A stretch of 63,466 nt of DNA, the filler included, from Craspedostauros australis (taxonomy: Eukaryota): the NCBI GenBank assembly GCA_030167865.1. It is 5 parts of 5 records of this genome, joined end to end, with 100 filler letters (N's around TTAATTAATTAA, not from the genome) between each part and the next. Parts side by side here need not be neighbours in the genome. Positions count along the whole stretch, not along the records: positions 46,574 to 60,969 come from JALAGF010004630.1; 4 more parts are not named here. The stretch is one strand, 5' to 3'. Shown here one piece after another: positions 50,428-61,069 of the stretch (position 1 is the first letter of the stretch; every line of letters begins with the position of its first letter). Below the pieces are notes generated by a model. It was not told where the DNA came from. It searched no databases and saw only the letters and a list, made by a program, of their open reading frames with translations. Position numbers and translations under genes: made by a program.

Positions 50428-50957
50428 TGTTATCCTGATATTGTACACAGCAAAATCACATGAGTCCTTCAAGAGAGATCAAGTCTTTCAGGACAATGGT
50501 GACGAGCTGGTGTAATTAAGACACTGATTGGGTTGAGTGACTTCTGGTTCTATGTTATCTTCATTGAGCTGTATCTCATGTTGCTGTCTTCAAGGACAGC
50601 TCTTGGTCATTGCACCTCTGCAATCTTGGTCTGATGTGGAGATGACCCATGATGTGGCGATGATGTCTTCTGTGTCGACGTCACTCATCACCGTTCCATG
50701 GCTCTGTCGATTCCACATTCCATTGATGATGCTTGAGGTCGTCGAGGGTGTTGTCACTTCAGGTTTAGTTGGGAAGTATATCAGGTCAAATTGGACATCA
50801 CATGTTTGCCGGGTGGTGGCCAGACCGAATCTCTGATGCTTCCTAGTGTGTCCCTTATGCCAAAAATCATGTGCCTGAGGAATGCATCATTTCAGCACAT
50901 ACCAGGACATACTAATCATAAAACGAATCAGGTGAATAAAGCATTGTGCTAATAACA
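50428..50957 (+). mobile_element. LTR-like repeat (530 bp), copy A
   Basis: Inverted termini TGTTAT...ATAACA; AATAAA at 50935; homologous to 60440-60968 in inverted orientation. No TSD seen. Confidence 0.75.
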
Positions 50958-51160
50958 AGTAACAACACATCCAAAGTATGGTTTGACCCAAATGGTATCG
51001 CCAACATTCTGTCCCTGACCAACCTCAAGAAAACCAGGACCATCACATACAACAGCACTAATGGGGATGCATTCATTTTCACACGTGCAGACGGTGATAC
51101 CAAGACATTCCACTGCTCCGCAATGGGGTTGTACTACTATGACGCCAAGGCACACCATCA

Positions 51161-51875
51161 TGTTGGAAATCCAGGGTTATAGTTAGTACTGTAGTCTAAT
51201 CTGCTGTTAGAAACTGTACTGTTTTAGAACTGTGAGCACAATCTCACTTTCTCTTCCAATTTCATTTTTCATAGTAGGCATCTGTCACGGTGGCGACACG
51301 GGGTGTCCTGTTGTTCTTAGGTACTTCTTTCCCCATTCATCATGCTCTGTTCTTGCTTCCTTATCTTGGCATCATTGTTGCTTGCCTCTGCATCATTGTA
51401 GCTGTCTACGTTTGCATGGTAGGAATCTGCAATCCTGAGCACTTGCCTATCATATGTTTCCGTTGTTGATCTCATGACACCATCGTCCCACTATCGATGT
51501 CAACCTTGGTGATGTTCCAAACCTGCAGATGTTCTGATCCTTTCTGATGTTCCAAACCTGTGGATGTTCTTGTCTGCAGGAGGGGCGTGCTATCCTCTGA
51601 AGGGGGTGCATCACTTGCCCATTGACCTGCTGTTCTGATCGACGTCGTCGTCTGCGTAGTTGCCATGGTTGGTTTGGTATCGGGACCTTCTGATCCGCCA
51701 TAGGTGTCGTTCTTACATTGCCAGAGGACAGACTGCCCTCCTCGCGGTAGTACAGGTATCAATCACGTCCGTGTCCTTAGTCATAGTGACATGGTATTCA
51801 ATGATGTGATGAATAATGTTGGGAGGTGCGACAATCATGGATATTCCGACAAAGTCGTACCCTCAATTCCTAACA
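51161..51875. mobile_element. Solo-LTR-like insertion (715 bp) with 6-bp TSD CCATCA
   Basis: Begins TGTTGGAAATCC and ends ATTCCTAACA; CCATCA at 51155-51160 and 51876-51881. Confidence 0.85.
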
Positions 51876-53428
51876 CCATCAATCATCAACAGCACTCGTA
51901 ACAACTGTAAAGGACAAGTTGCAACACTATACGAAGCGTGACTCTCGTGCTGCTGCTACTGCCCGAAAGCTACAACGAATCATAGGACACCCATCCACCG
52001 TGGACAATACGAGGCTCATTGCACACAACGGGCTACCCAACTGCCCAGTGACCATCGACGACATCAAGGCTGCTGAGGATATCTACGGACCAAGTCTGGG
52101 TGCCATCAAAGGGAAAACAACCAGGTCCAAAGCACCGCAGGTCAATCCCATCATGGCATACGTGCCAACGGCACTCCTGGAACGTTACAGGGACGTCACC
52201 ATATCCATTGATGTCTTCAAGGTCAACAAAATACCATTCTTTGCGTCCATTTCCCGACACTTCAAATTCGGAACAGTGGAGATGATGTCCAACCAGACTA
52301 ACAGCACCATCATCAAGTGCCTCAAACACATCAAGAACCTCTACACTAAACGTGGATTGCGCGTCACCCACGTCCTTGGTGACGGACAGTTCACACCACC
52401 ACATGAAGCCGTGGCAGCCATGGGTGCATCACTCAACATTGCATCACCGGACGAACACGTCCCTGAGATCGAACGCTACATCCGAACTGTCAAGGAACGA
52501 ACCAGATCCACCTACAACATTCTACCATTCGACAGATTCCCCAACAGGCTAGTAATCCGCATGGTGACCAACAGCGCACTCTGGATCAACATGATTCCTC
52601 CATCCAAGGGCATCTCACAACATGTCAGCCCACGCACCCTGATCACAGGGATACACATTGATTATCATGCTCATTGCCAACTGGAGTTTGGTGAGTATGT
52701 ACAGACACATGACAAACATGACAGCACCATGCTCACATGGACAGCAGGAGCCATCTGCCTTGGGCCAAGCGGAAACGCAGAAGGCGGATATTGATTTCTG
52801 AACCTGACTACCGGGCGCGAAATCACCCGATACAAGTGGACGCCGCTACCAATGCCGGTGGATGTAATCGACCGCGTGCACGCACTGGCCAGACGCGGCA
52901 AGGCCAACAAAGCGGTCACATTCACAGACCGGGATAACCACATCCTGGCAGACCCAACACTGGACGACGAAAACGGCAGCGACGGCGATGATGACAGCGA
53001 CTACCAGCCACCTGGCGATGAGGACGATGAAGATGAAGATAGCGCCAGCAATGAAGAGGGTGACAATGATGATGATAACGAGGATGATGGAAACGAAGAT
53101 GAGGACGATGATGATTCCACATATGTGGATGAAGACGCTGCTGCTGATGACGAAGACACAGTCTATCACGAGGACAACAACGAAGGAGATGAGGTATACC
53201 ATGCGGGCCCACCCGGTCAGCCAGACGAGAATGAGGGAGAAGAACATCCAAATGAAGGAGTGCGAGCACCAACAGACATCGCACCCGCCATCAGAACCAG
53301 CCAACGAGCCAGAAAGCCGATTGACCGCCTGATCGAAACACATATGCTCACTGTCCATGGCCAGGCAATACTAACATCCCTATAGATCAACAATGACACT
53401 CCTATTCCACCAGCACACAGTGGGTATC

Positions 53429-54302
53429 TGTTGGAAATCCGGGGTACCCCAGTCTAAAGTAGTAGTCTCTGGTTACCTATTCATGTTATTGCATTGTTGG
53501 AACTGTGAGTACAACATCTTCATCTCTTTCAATTCCATTTGCCAAAGCATACATGATCCACAGTAGCACACAGTCTTGCCCTTGCTCATGCAGTGCTGTC
53601 CTCCTGCTTCATCATGTCATGCAGCATGTACTCCATGCACATCTCATCTTGCAGTATTGGTGCATCTCATCATGCATCTCAGATATTCCATCTCCTGCCC
53701 TCTACCAATAGTTTTGTTAGCATAGACAGTGTTGGTTCACAGGCATTCTCGACTCGCTTCATTCGGTCAGATCACCATCTCCATGTTTCACACAAGAGCT
53801 CGGACGATTGCTCCCAGTCTTCTCGTCTTGGGACAATCTCCATTCCTCTTCTGGGATCACCTTTCGTTTCTCTCCAAAACCTCTCCGATACTTCTCCGAT
53901 ATTTCACCGATCACTTCACCAGCTCTTCGCAGGTTCGTCATTGCTGATCCGTTCACAGGCCATCTCACTCTTCGCGACATCGGCCTTCCTCAAGTACTCT
54001 TTTCTCATTGGTTGCGACATGGGGGCCGTAGTCGCGTGTATCGTGATGCTGGTCACGAAACCAACATTCCTACCCCCTGCGACATACACATGTGATTCGC
54101 ATTCCTGCATTGAGGTCCCGAACGTCATAGTCCGATTCGCATTCGGCACGTGGCGTTCTTCGCCACAAGACGCGTGTAGCTCACATATTCTGTCACAAAG
54201 ATCCACGGGTGGGCGTTGCGGTAAATACCATTTCACAACACTCAACTCCACACTATTGGGAGGTGCGGCAATCTGGTGTTTCACAACACACGATTCCTGA
54301 CA
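53429..54302. mobile_element. Solo-LTR-like insertion (874 bp) with 6-bp TSD GGTATC
   Basis: Begins TGTTGGAAATCC and ends ATTCCTGACA; GGTATC at 53423-53428 and 54303-54308. Confidence 0.85.
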
Positions 54303-55838
54303 GGTATCATCCAATGCAGCACATGGCGCTGACACAACACAGCATCAAAAAAGGATTGAAGCTGTTTGGTGGCAAAGGAACAGAGGCCGTCTTCGACGAA
54401 CTGAAGCAGATTCACGATCTTGGAGTGTTGGACCCTCAGTCCAACCTCACCAGAAAGCGAAAATCAGATAGTAATGGATTCCACGTGTCGTTGCATGAGC
54501 CCCCCACAAATCAAAGTCTGTCCGCTTACACTGTATTTTGTCTCTAAAACAGTAAACTGCCACCCTTTTAACTTCATAACTAAGACCTGGACTCACCATC
54601 TAAAACCTGAATCATGTTACCAGGATGACAAAGTATATAAATGTAGGTTGTGTTTTTTTCTGAGGGGCCGTACAAGGTTGGGGCCAAAATGCATTCTGCC
54701 TGGACCGCACCGCTTTTCGCTCACACGGGTCATAAAAGTTACAATGCATTCCTAAGTTACTATTACAGTTGTCACCAATTAGCCAGGCAGCGTCCTCGTC
54801 CAAGCCAGGCGAGTCCGCTGCTGGGAAACAGCAGAGAGCTTCCAATCTGCTTCGCTATCGTGGTGCCAGTTGGAGGATATTGTACTGTCCGGGACTTCAC
54901 AGATTGTTCTGTTCCAAAGACGAACACTTATCCGGTCTTTCATCTTGTCCGTTAATGGTGAGAAAAGATAGTGAGTCCTTTATCGTCTCTTCTGTTGCGT
55001 GCAATACATGTTAGAAAACAAAGGAGTACTCTTATTCGCTCTGTAGTCGCCTGTCTTGTGGATTGGTTTGTGCTGAACCGGCTGTCGAAATCGCCATAGA
55101 CAATCGTGGTGCACATCGCAAGTACCAGTTCTTTCTTCCGTGCGAATGGAGGAGTTTGTGAATACCGCCTTCCCGTCGCGCTTCTTCGATGCTCCCAATG
55201 GGTCATCTCCATCTATTCGCTCTCGTAGTAGTCGTTTGTATTCTCGTTGCGTGTTCGCCAATGACTCTTCGTGAGATTAATAGTGACTTTGTGCGTCGCC
55301 TTGTTCCACAGTTGCATGATGCTCCAGTATGCGCGATACCGTGCCGGACTCGCGGCCTCTGTATGCAGTTTCCATCCCTGTTCCCGTTTCGCTCTCTTCG
55401 CTTTTGGCTCGTAGATGCGCACAGCCGCAGGTATCGCCTTTGTCTGTGGGCTTCGCTTGTCCCCGAAAATCATGGATGCAGACGCCCCAGTGAGCAGACT
55501 TTTCTATTCTGCCTCCAAACCATCACAGCTTCATGCGGTCATCCTCCATTTGGAAATCCGAGAAAGGTGCGGCGCACCAACCTGTACGTGGAGGAAGATG
55601 TCTTGACGGTTCAAAAGCCTCCCTGATTGTGTCTTTGATATGATAGTTTCGAAATGATTCAGTCGCTCATGGGTGAGCATGATCGTGAAAGACACTTGTT
55701 GTACGAGCTATGGAGCTATTTCGCATCAAAGAAGAACAATCACGAAAAACTGAGATGGGACAAGGCCGAACAACCTCAGAAAACGGGGGACGTCGTTACG
55801 CAAGTTGAGGGCTGTCTGCTCTGTCTCAAGCATGGAGG

Positions 55839-58800
55839 GTGGGTGATGCTGCCGCGAGTATCGCCCAAGATCAAACCATCACATTCGGTACCCGCATGGT
55901 TGAATCCTCCTCTTTGGTTTCGACAAAGAGGCCGGCCCGGACGGCACCTACGCCAAGGATCTCCCTTCTGCACGACGTCTGCATCACGCCAGGCGGCTCT
56001 TCGTTCGGCAACATGAGCACAACGACACATGTCCATCCCATTATTGCTCATGCTCCCTTCTCTTCAGCCATAAAAAAAGCGATCCAATTCCAAAAGATCA
56101 CCATGATAGCAACCACAGCGATGGAAACGATGACACCCACGAGCACAGCATCAACACTCGCGAATAAGCTCCCACCGCGCCTCGCGTTCGACAAGGTTGG
56201 TCTGGTTGGACGTGACAAAGAAGTCCGCGTGTTGCTCAACGCAATCCGAAGCCAACCGAAGAAAAAATTGAATTCATCTTCATGTCATGGACCCTTGGCC
56301 AGCCTCCCGAAGGATCCAACCCAAATCATCAACCAAATTCAAGACCATGTTCGCGCCGCCATTCTCGCCACCGGAAGCAGCAGCACCGAAGACGCCGCCA
56401 GTACCAACGGCAACAATACGCAGGCGAAGGACTCGCCAACACCCTCGCCGCCGGTACCAAATTCAACCATAGCATCTGCCGCTCAAAATCAGATCCGATC
56501 ATTGGTGCTGATTTCTGGCCAGTCCGGAAGCGGCAAGTCAGCCCTCGTCGAGGAAGTCCGCAAAAGCTTGCTGCCTCAAACAGCATGCTCCGACAGTCCA
56601 GATCAAGCCAGCAACAATGACAACAACGACAACGACAGTGACACAGACGCACCTTTCGATGGCTTCTTCGCAACAGGAAAATGCGAGTTATCCACCAAGA
56701 AGGAGGGTGTCCCGTACACAGGGATCCAGTCAGCCATGACGGAGCTATGCGAACAGGTGGCAAGCAGGGCTCAGTCAGAAGTGAAGGCCTCGATGGAACA
56801 CCAGGCAAGCACTGAGGGCACTGGATCGAAGCGTCAGACACTCGCGGCGTTGGTGTCGAAAGGGCTATCGATGGGAGAGCTAGCGCTGCTATCCCACGTC
56901 ATCCCTAACATTGAAATGCTGACGACCGTGAAGACATCACATCAGGCTGATGGGAATAGCAACCCTCCGGGTTCCGCAACGTCGGTCACATATTCTGGCC
57001 TGGCAGTATCGTCGCCACCATCGGTCCAGGGCGGCTGTGATGGATCCGTCTCCCTCTCTGCTGCCAGCATTGCTGGAGGTCGTGGATCGTCCATCAGCTA
57101 CGAAGGCCACACACAACGAATCAAGTACGTGCTGCGCAGGTTCATGCAGATCCTCTGCAGCTACTGCCCAGTAGTCATGGCCATCGACGACCTCCAGTGG
57201 GCCGATCGAGCCTCGCTGGGTCTCATCCAGTCCTGGCTGCTGGACAGCAGGAGCACATCGCTGACCATCATCGGACTGTACCGTTCGAACATGTTGGATG
57301 TGAACCAGACCCTGAAGGCGACCCTGGCATCGTTGGAAGAATCCAAGAGGGAGCGGTCCATTCGCATCAGCAAGCTCTCGGTCGAGGATCTGAGCGTGGA
57401 TGAGGTAGCCGTGTACCTGCAGCGCCTCTTCCGTGTATCTTCGCATAAAGGAGACGAAGGCGATCATCCCGATCATCGCGAAACCGAATTATCGCTCACA
57501 CACGTGATGCCTCTGGCAGAGATCGTGCACGGGAAGACGGCTGGCAACATGTTCTTCATCCAGCAGTACCTTGACTCACTCGTCAAGGACGGTCTCATCA
57601 CCCAGAATCATCTACCAACACCACCCGCAACAGCAGCGGCGGCACTCCCAGAAGTATCAGGAGTCACGAATGACGTCAGCCATGCGGCAACATGGGCCTG
57701 GGATGTCAACGAGATCACCTACAGATCTGCAACCGCGGGCGACAACATCATGGACCTCATGAAGATGAGACTCCAAAAGTCCGCCTCCACACACTGGCTA
57801 CTATCCATCGCGGCCTGCCTCGGAGCCACGTTCTCTACTTCGCACGTCTGCGCAGTCATTACGGGCCTCTTCATCCACTCCAGCCACTCCAAGTTCTTCC
57901 GCGAGGTATTTCAAGTCACCAAGATCGTCAAGGAGGATGAGATCATCGCCATGCTCCAGACATTCTTCACGGAAGGGCTTCTCGAGAAAGTCAAAGTGCT
58001 GCATCGCCAAAGCTCCGCGTTGACCGATAGCGGTTCCCAGCAGACGCCCAGCACGAACACGAGCATGCGGGTACGACGGGCCAAGTCCGTGCGATACGCC
58101 TTCATCCATGACAAGGTCCAAGAAGCCGCGCTGTCCATGATACCCACAGAAGACCAGCTCGCAGAGCTCAAGTATCGAGTTGGAGAGATCCTGCTGTACG
58201 CGCTATCTGAGAATCAGCTCGACAAGAAGATCTTCATGATCGCGAACCTCCTCAACACGAGGCCCGATCTCATGCCCAGCCACCGGAAGCTGGACCGTCG
58301 CATGAAGATCATCATGCTCAACCACAAGGCTGGGCAGAAGGCCGCGAATGCGTCTGCCTTCCACCTGGCGTCTTCGTACTTCGCCATGGCGATCGATCTC
58401 CTTCCAGATGATCACTGGGAGACGTTGATGGAGGAGAGCCTGGAGCTGTACTCATCAGCAGCGGAGAGCCATTTCGTGACCGCCAGCTTCGCTAAGGCAC
58501 GATCGTACTGCAAGGCCGTCGTCAATCAGGACTGCGACATACTGAGCAAGGTCCGTGCGCATCATGTCTTGGTCGACATATCTTTGTCGGAGACAGAGAC
58601 GACCGAGGAAAAAGGGGCTGCGGAGATGCATCTGGACCTGCTGTCGCAGCTTGGCTGCAATCTTCCTTCTTCAACCTTCGGTCGGGTGGTGTACGTGCTT
58701 CGAGGCATGATGGCAACCAAGGGAACCCTTCGACGGTTGGAAAGGGAGATGAGCGACACGCTGTCAGTGTTCAGTGACGAACATCACGAAGCAGTGATGA

Positions 58801-59960
58801 AGACACTCAGCAAGCTGCATACCGTGGCATACTTGACGGCACCGGGATTGGTCCCCGTGGTCACCGAGAAGGCAGTGAGGCTGAGCTTGAAGCAAGGAAT
58901 CACGATGTATTCAGCACCGGCCCTATCCTTCCAGGGTATCCTCGATGTGTGCGTACTGGAGCGCTTCGATGTGGCTCACAAGTGTGGAGCGATGGCGCTG
59001 AAGATCGCCAAGGCATCAGATGATCGTAGTTTGGATGGCAAGGTCCTGTTGTACAACCATGTCGGTATTCATCACTGGACGCACCCATATGAACATGGTA
59101 CCGACCAACTGTTGGAAGCCTCCAGACTGAGCATGTCCATGGGTGATGTGGAAGTTGGTGCTTGGTCTCTGTATGGCTCTCTCATCTTTGGCCTGCACAC
59201 AGGGAAATCGCTGGACTCGCTCGACGAAGACGTATTGATTCACAGCGGCACCATGAAGGACTTCCAGCAGAACCTCCAACACCAGCTGGCCCTCATGCTA
59301 TGGCAGCTTGTCTTGAACCTTCGAGGTGCCTCCAACCACACAACCCAATTGATTGGGGATGCATACAACGAAACAAACGAAGCGTATGATGCCAACCATC
59401 AAATGGCAGACGCACACGTCATGACTCGTGAGACCCTTCGAGTGTGCCTCGCGGCCCACTTTGGTGAGTATGAAATCGGCTCGGAACTTGCGATCAAATC
59501 TTGCTTGATTTGGCTCAAGACGACGCCATCCAGCTACACTCTGCCTCCCGCGCTGTTCCATAGTGCGCTCTGCTGCTTCGGGATGGCGCACAAATGCAAA
59601 CCATCCTACTACACCAAGCATGCCCGCACATTCTTGAAGATCCTGAAGAGGTGGGCCAAGAGAGGCAATCCGAATTGCATCCCGTACATCGCTTTGCTGG
59701 ATGCGGAGAGGTACTCTCTGAAGAAACAAGATAAGAAAGCAATCGAGCAATACGACGAGGCCATCCAAATGACGCGGCGACAGGTGCGCATTCACGACCA
59801 GGCCCTTGCGAACGAGAGGTACTCTGCTTTCTTTGCTCGCAGAGGCAACACAGAGAAGGCGAAGGTCCATCTGGAGGAGTCCATCAGTCTATACGGACAG
59901 TGGGGCGCGAACAAGAAGGTTGAAATGCTGTTGCGACAGCACAAGTCGGGCTTTGAATAG
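55839..59960 (+). CDS. Full-length STAND-class NTPase (AAA_16/COG3899-like) with C-terminal helical/TPR-like repeats
   Basis: 1373-aa intronless ORF. LVGRDKEVRVL, Walker A LISGQSGSGKS, Walker B VVMAIDDLQWAD, GNMFF, FIHDKVQEAA, DQALANER, WGA. The annotated start is GTG; the true ATG is probably downstream (first in-frame ATG at 55896). Confidence 0.9.
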   Translation: MGDAAASIAQDQTITFGTRMVESSSLVSTKRPARTAPTPRISLLHDVCITPGGSSFGNMSTTTHVHPIIAHAPFSSAIKKAIQFQKITMIATTAMETMTPTSTASTLANKLPPRLAFDKVGLVGRDKEVRVLLNAIRSQPKKKLNSSSCHGPLASLPKDPTQIINQIQDHVRAAILATGSSSTEDAASTNGNNTQAKDSPTPSPPVPNSTIASAAQNQIRSLVLISGQSGSGKSALVEEVRKSLLPQTACSDSPDQASNNDNNDNDSDTDAPFDGFFATGKCELSTKKEGVPYTGIQSAMTELCEQVASRAQSEVKASMEHQASTEGTGSKRQTLAALVSKGLSMGELALLSHVIPNIEMLTTVKTSHQADGNSNPPGSATSVTYSGLAVSSPPSVQGGCDGSVSLSAASIAGGRGSSISYEGHTQRIKYVLRRFMQILCSYCPVVMAIDDLQWADRASLGLIQSWLLDSRSTSLTIIGLYRSNMLDVNQTLKATLASLEESKRERSIRISKLSVEDLSVDEVAVYLQRLFRVSSHKGDEGDHPDHRETELSLTHVMPLAEIVHGKTAGNMFFIQQYLDSLVKDGLITQNHLPTPPATAAAALPEVSGVTNDVSHAATWAWDVNEITYRSATAGDNIMDLMKMRLQKSASTHWLLSIAACLGATFSTSHVCAVITGLFIHSSHSKFFREVFQVTKIVKEDEIIAMLQTFFTEGLLEKVKVLHRQSSALTDSGSQQTPSTNTSMRVRRAKSVRYAFIHDKVQEAALSMIPTEDQLAELKYRVGEILLYALSENQLDKKIFMIANLLNTRPDLMPSHRKLDRRMKIIMLNHKAGQKAANASAFHLASSYFAMAIDLLPDDHWETLMEESLELYSSAAESHFVTASFAKARSYCKAVVNQDCDILSKVRAHHVLVDISLSETETTEEKGAAEMHLDLLSQLGCNLPSSTFGRVVYVLRGMMATKGTLRRLEREMSDTLSVFSDEHHEAVMKTLSKLHTVAYLTAPGLVPVVTEKAVRLSLKQGITMYSAPALSFQGILDVCVLERFDVAHKCGAMALKIAKASDDRSLDGKVLLYNHVGIHHWTHPYEHGTDQLLEASRLSMSMGDVEVGAWSLYGSLIFGLHTGKSLDSLDEDVLIHSGTMKDFQQNLQHQLALMLWQLVLNLRGASNHTTQLIGDAYNETNEAYDANHQMADAHVMTRETLRVCLAAHFGEYEIGSELAIKSCLIWLKTTPSSYTLPPALFHSALCCFGMAHKCKPSYYTKHARTFLKILKRWAKRGNPNCIPYIALLDAERYSLKKQDKKAIEQYDEAIQMTRRQVRIHDQALANERYSAFFARRGNTEKAKVHLEESISLYGQWGANKKVEMLLRQHKSGFE

Positions 59961-60439
59961 AACTGCAAGGGTAGCCAACAAATATTAAATTGAACGAGAT
60001 GGAGCACGCCAAATACAAGAGAGAGAGAGAGAGAGAGAGAGAGCTCTACGTTGCTCCACTCGTTCGCATTCATTCTCTGCGCAAATGCCAATAGGGTAAC
60101 TGTACATCTGAGGCGACGCCGTCGTTGGATGCCGCGACACACTTCCAATACAGAGCACAGCAGTTGGGCTGTGGTAACATCACATGTTATTTGTCCACAG
60201 CCTCTCCTGTTTTGCTTGCATGGTACTTCTCTCACAACACGAGCAGGGAAGCATCAACATGTTGGCAAGTTCCGCTCACGGATACTCTTGCGAGTGTAGG
60301 CGGTGGTGGTGGTTGTAACAATTTCAATTGCTATTTCATTATGTTGGCACTTTGATGCTCTTGGAGTTGCTGCTGTTTGGTCCGATGCTCTCAGTGTCTT
60401 CCGTTGGTCTGCCGAAATATGAGTCGGCATGTGAGATGC

Positions 60440-60968
60440 TCTTATTAGCACAATGCTTTATTCACCTGATTCGTTTTCTGATTAGTCTGTCCTTGTATGT
60501 GCTGAAACGATGCTTTCCTCAGACACATGATTTTCGGCATGAGGGACACACTAGGGAACATCAGAGATTCGGTCTGGCCACCACCCGGCAAACATGTGAT
60601 GTCCAATTCGACCTGATATACTTCCCAACTAAACCTGAAATGACAACACACTCGACGACCTCAAGCATCATCAATGGAATGTGGAATTGAGAGAGCCATG
60701 GAACGGTGATGAGTGACGTCGACACAGAAGACATCATCGCCACATCATGGGTCATCTCCACATCAGAACAAGATCGCAGAGGTGCAATGACTGAGAGCTG
60801 ACCTTGAAGACAGCAACATGAGATACAACTCAATGAAGATAACATAGAACTTGAAGTCACTCAACCCAAACAGTGTCTTCACTCACCAGCTTGTCACCCT
60901 TGTCCTGAAAGACTTGATCTCTCTTGAAGGACTCGTGTGATCTCGCTGTGTACAATACCGAGTTAACA
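60440..60968 (-). mobile_element. LTR-like repeat (~530 bp), copy B, inverted relative to 50428-50957
   Basis: On the minus strand it starts TGTTAAC and ends AATAAAGCATTGTGCTAATAAGA; colinear with copy A. Confidence 0.75.
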
Positions 60969-60969
60969 G

Positions 60970-61069
60970 NNNNNNNNNNNNNNNNNNNNNNNNNNNNNNN
61001 NNNNNNNNNNNNNTTAATTAATTAANNNNNNNNNNNNNNNNNNNNNNNNNNNNNNNNNNNNNNNNNNNN
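60970..61069. other. Artificial scaffold spacer
   Basis: 44 N + TTAATTAATTAA (61014-61025) + 44 N. Confidence 0.97.

Larger units (their letters stand above)
50975..54470 (+). mobile_element. Degenerate Ty1/copia pol (pre-integrase region, integrase, start of RT) interrupted by two nested insertions
   Basis: VWFDPNGIANILSL, GLYYYD, ARKLQRIIGHPS, ISIDVFKVN, LGDGQF, EHVPEIERYIRTVKER (DDE integrase), LEFGEYVQTH, then TQHSIKKGLKLFG...ELKQIHD. Stops at 52792-52794 and 53383-53385. Confidence 0.88.

Noticed and set aside
23217..60240. A giant inverted repeat formed by the two STAND copies
   Set aside because: The copies are on different scaffolds separated by two spacers, so relative orientation and distance are arbitrary.
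5507..61069. Four identical TTAATTAATTAA motifs as a biological repeat
   Set aside because: Each is centred in 44+44 Ns: a synthetic six-frame-stop linker. Adjacency across these points is meaningless.
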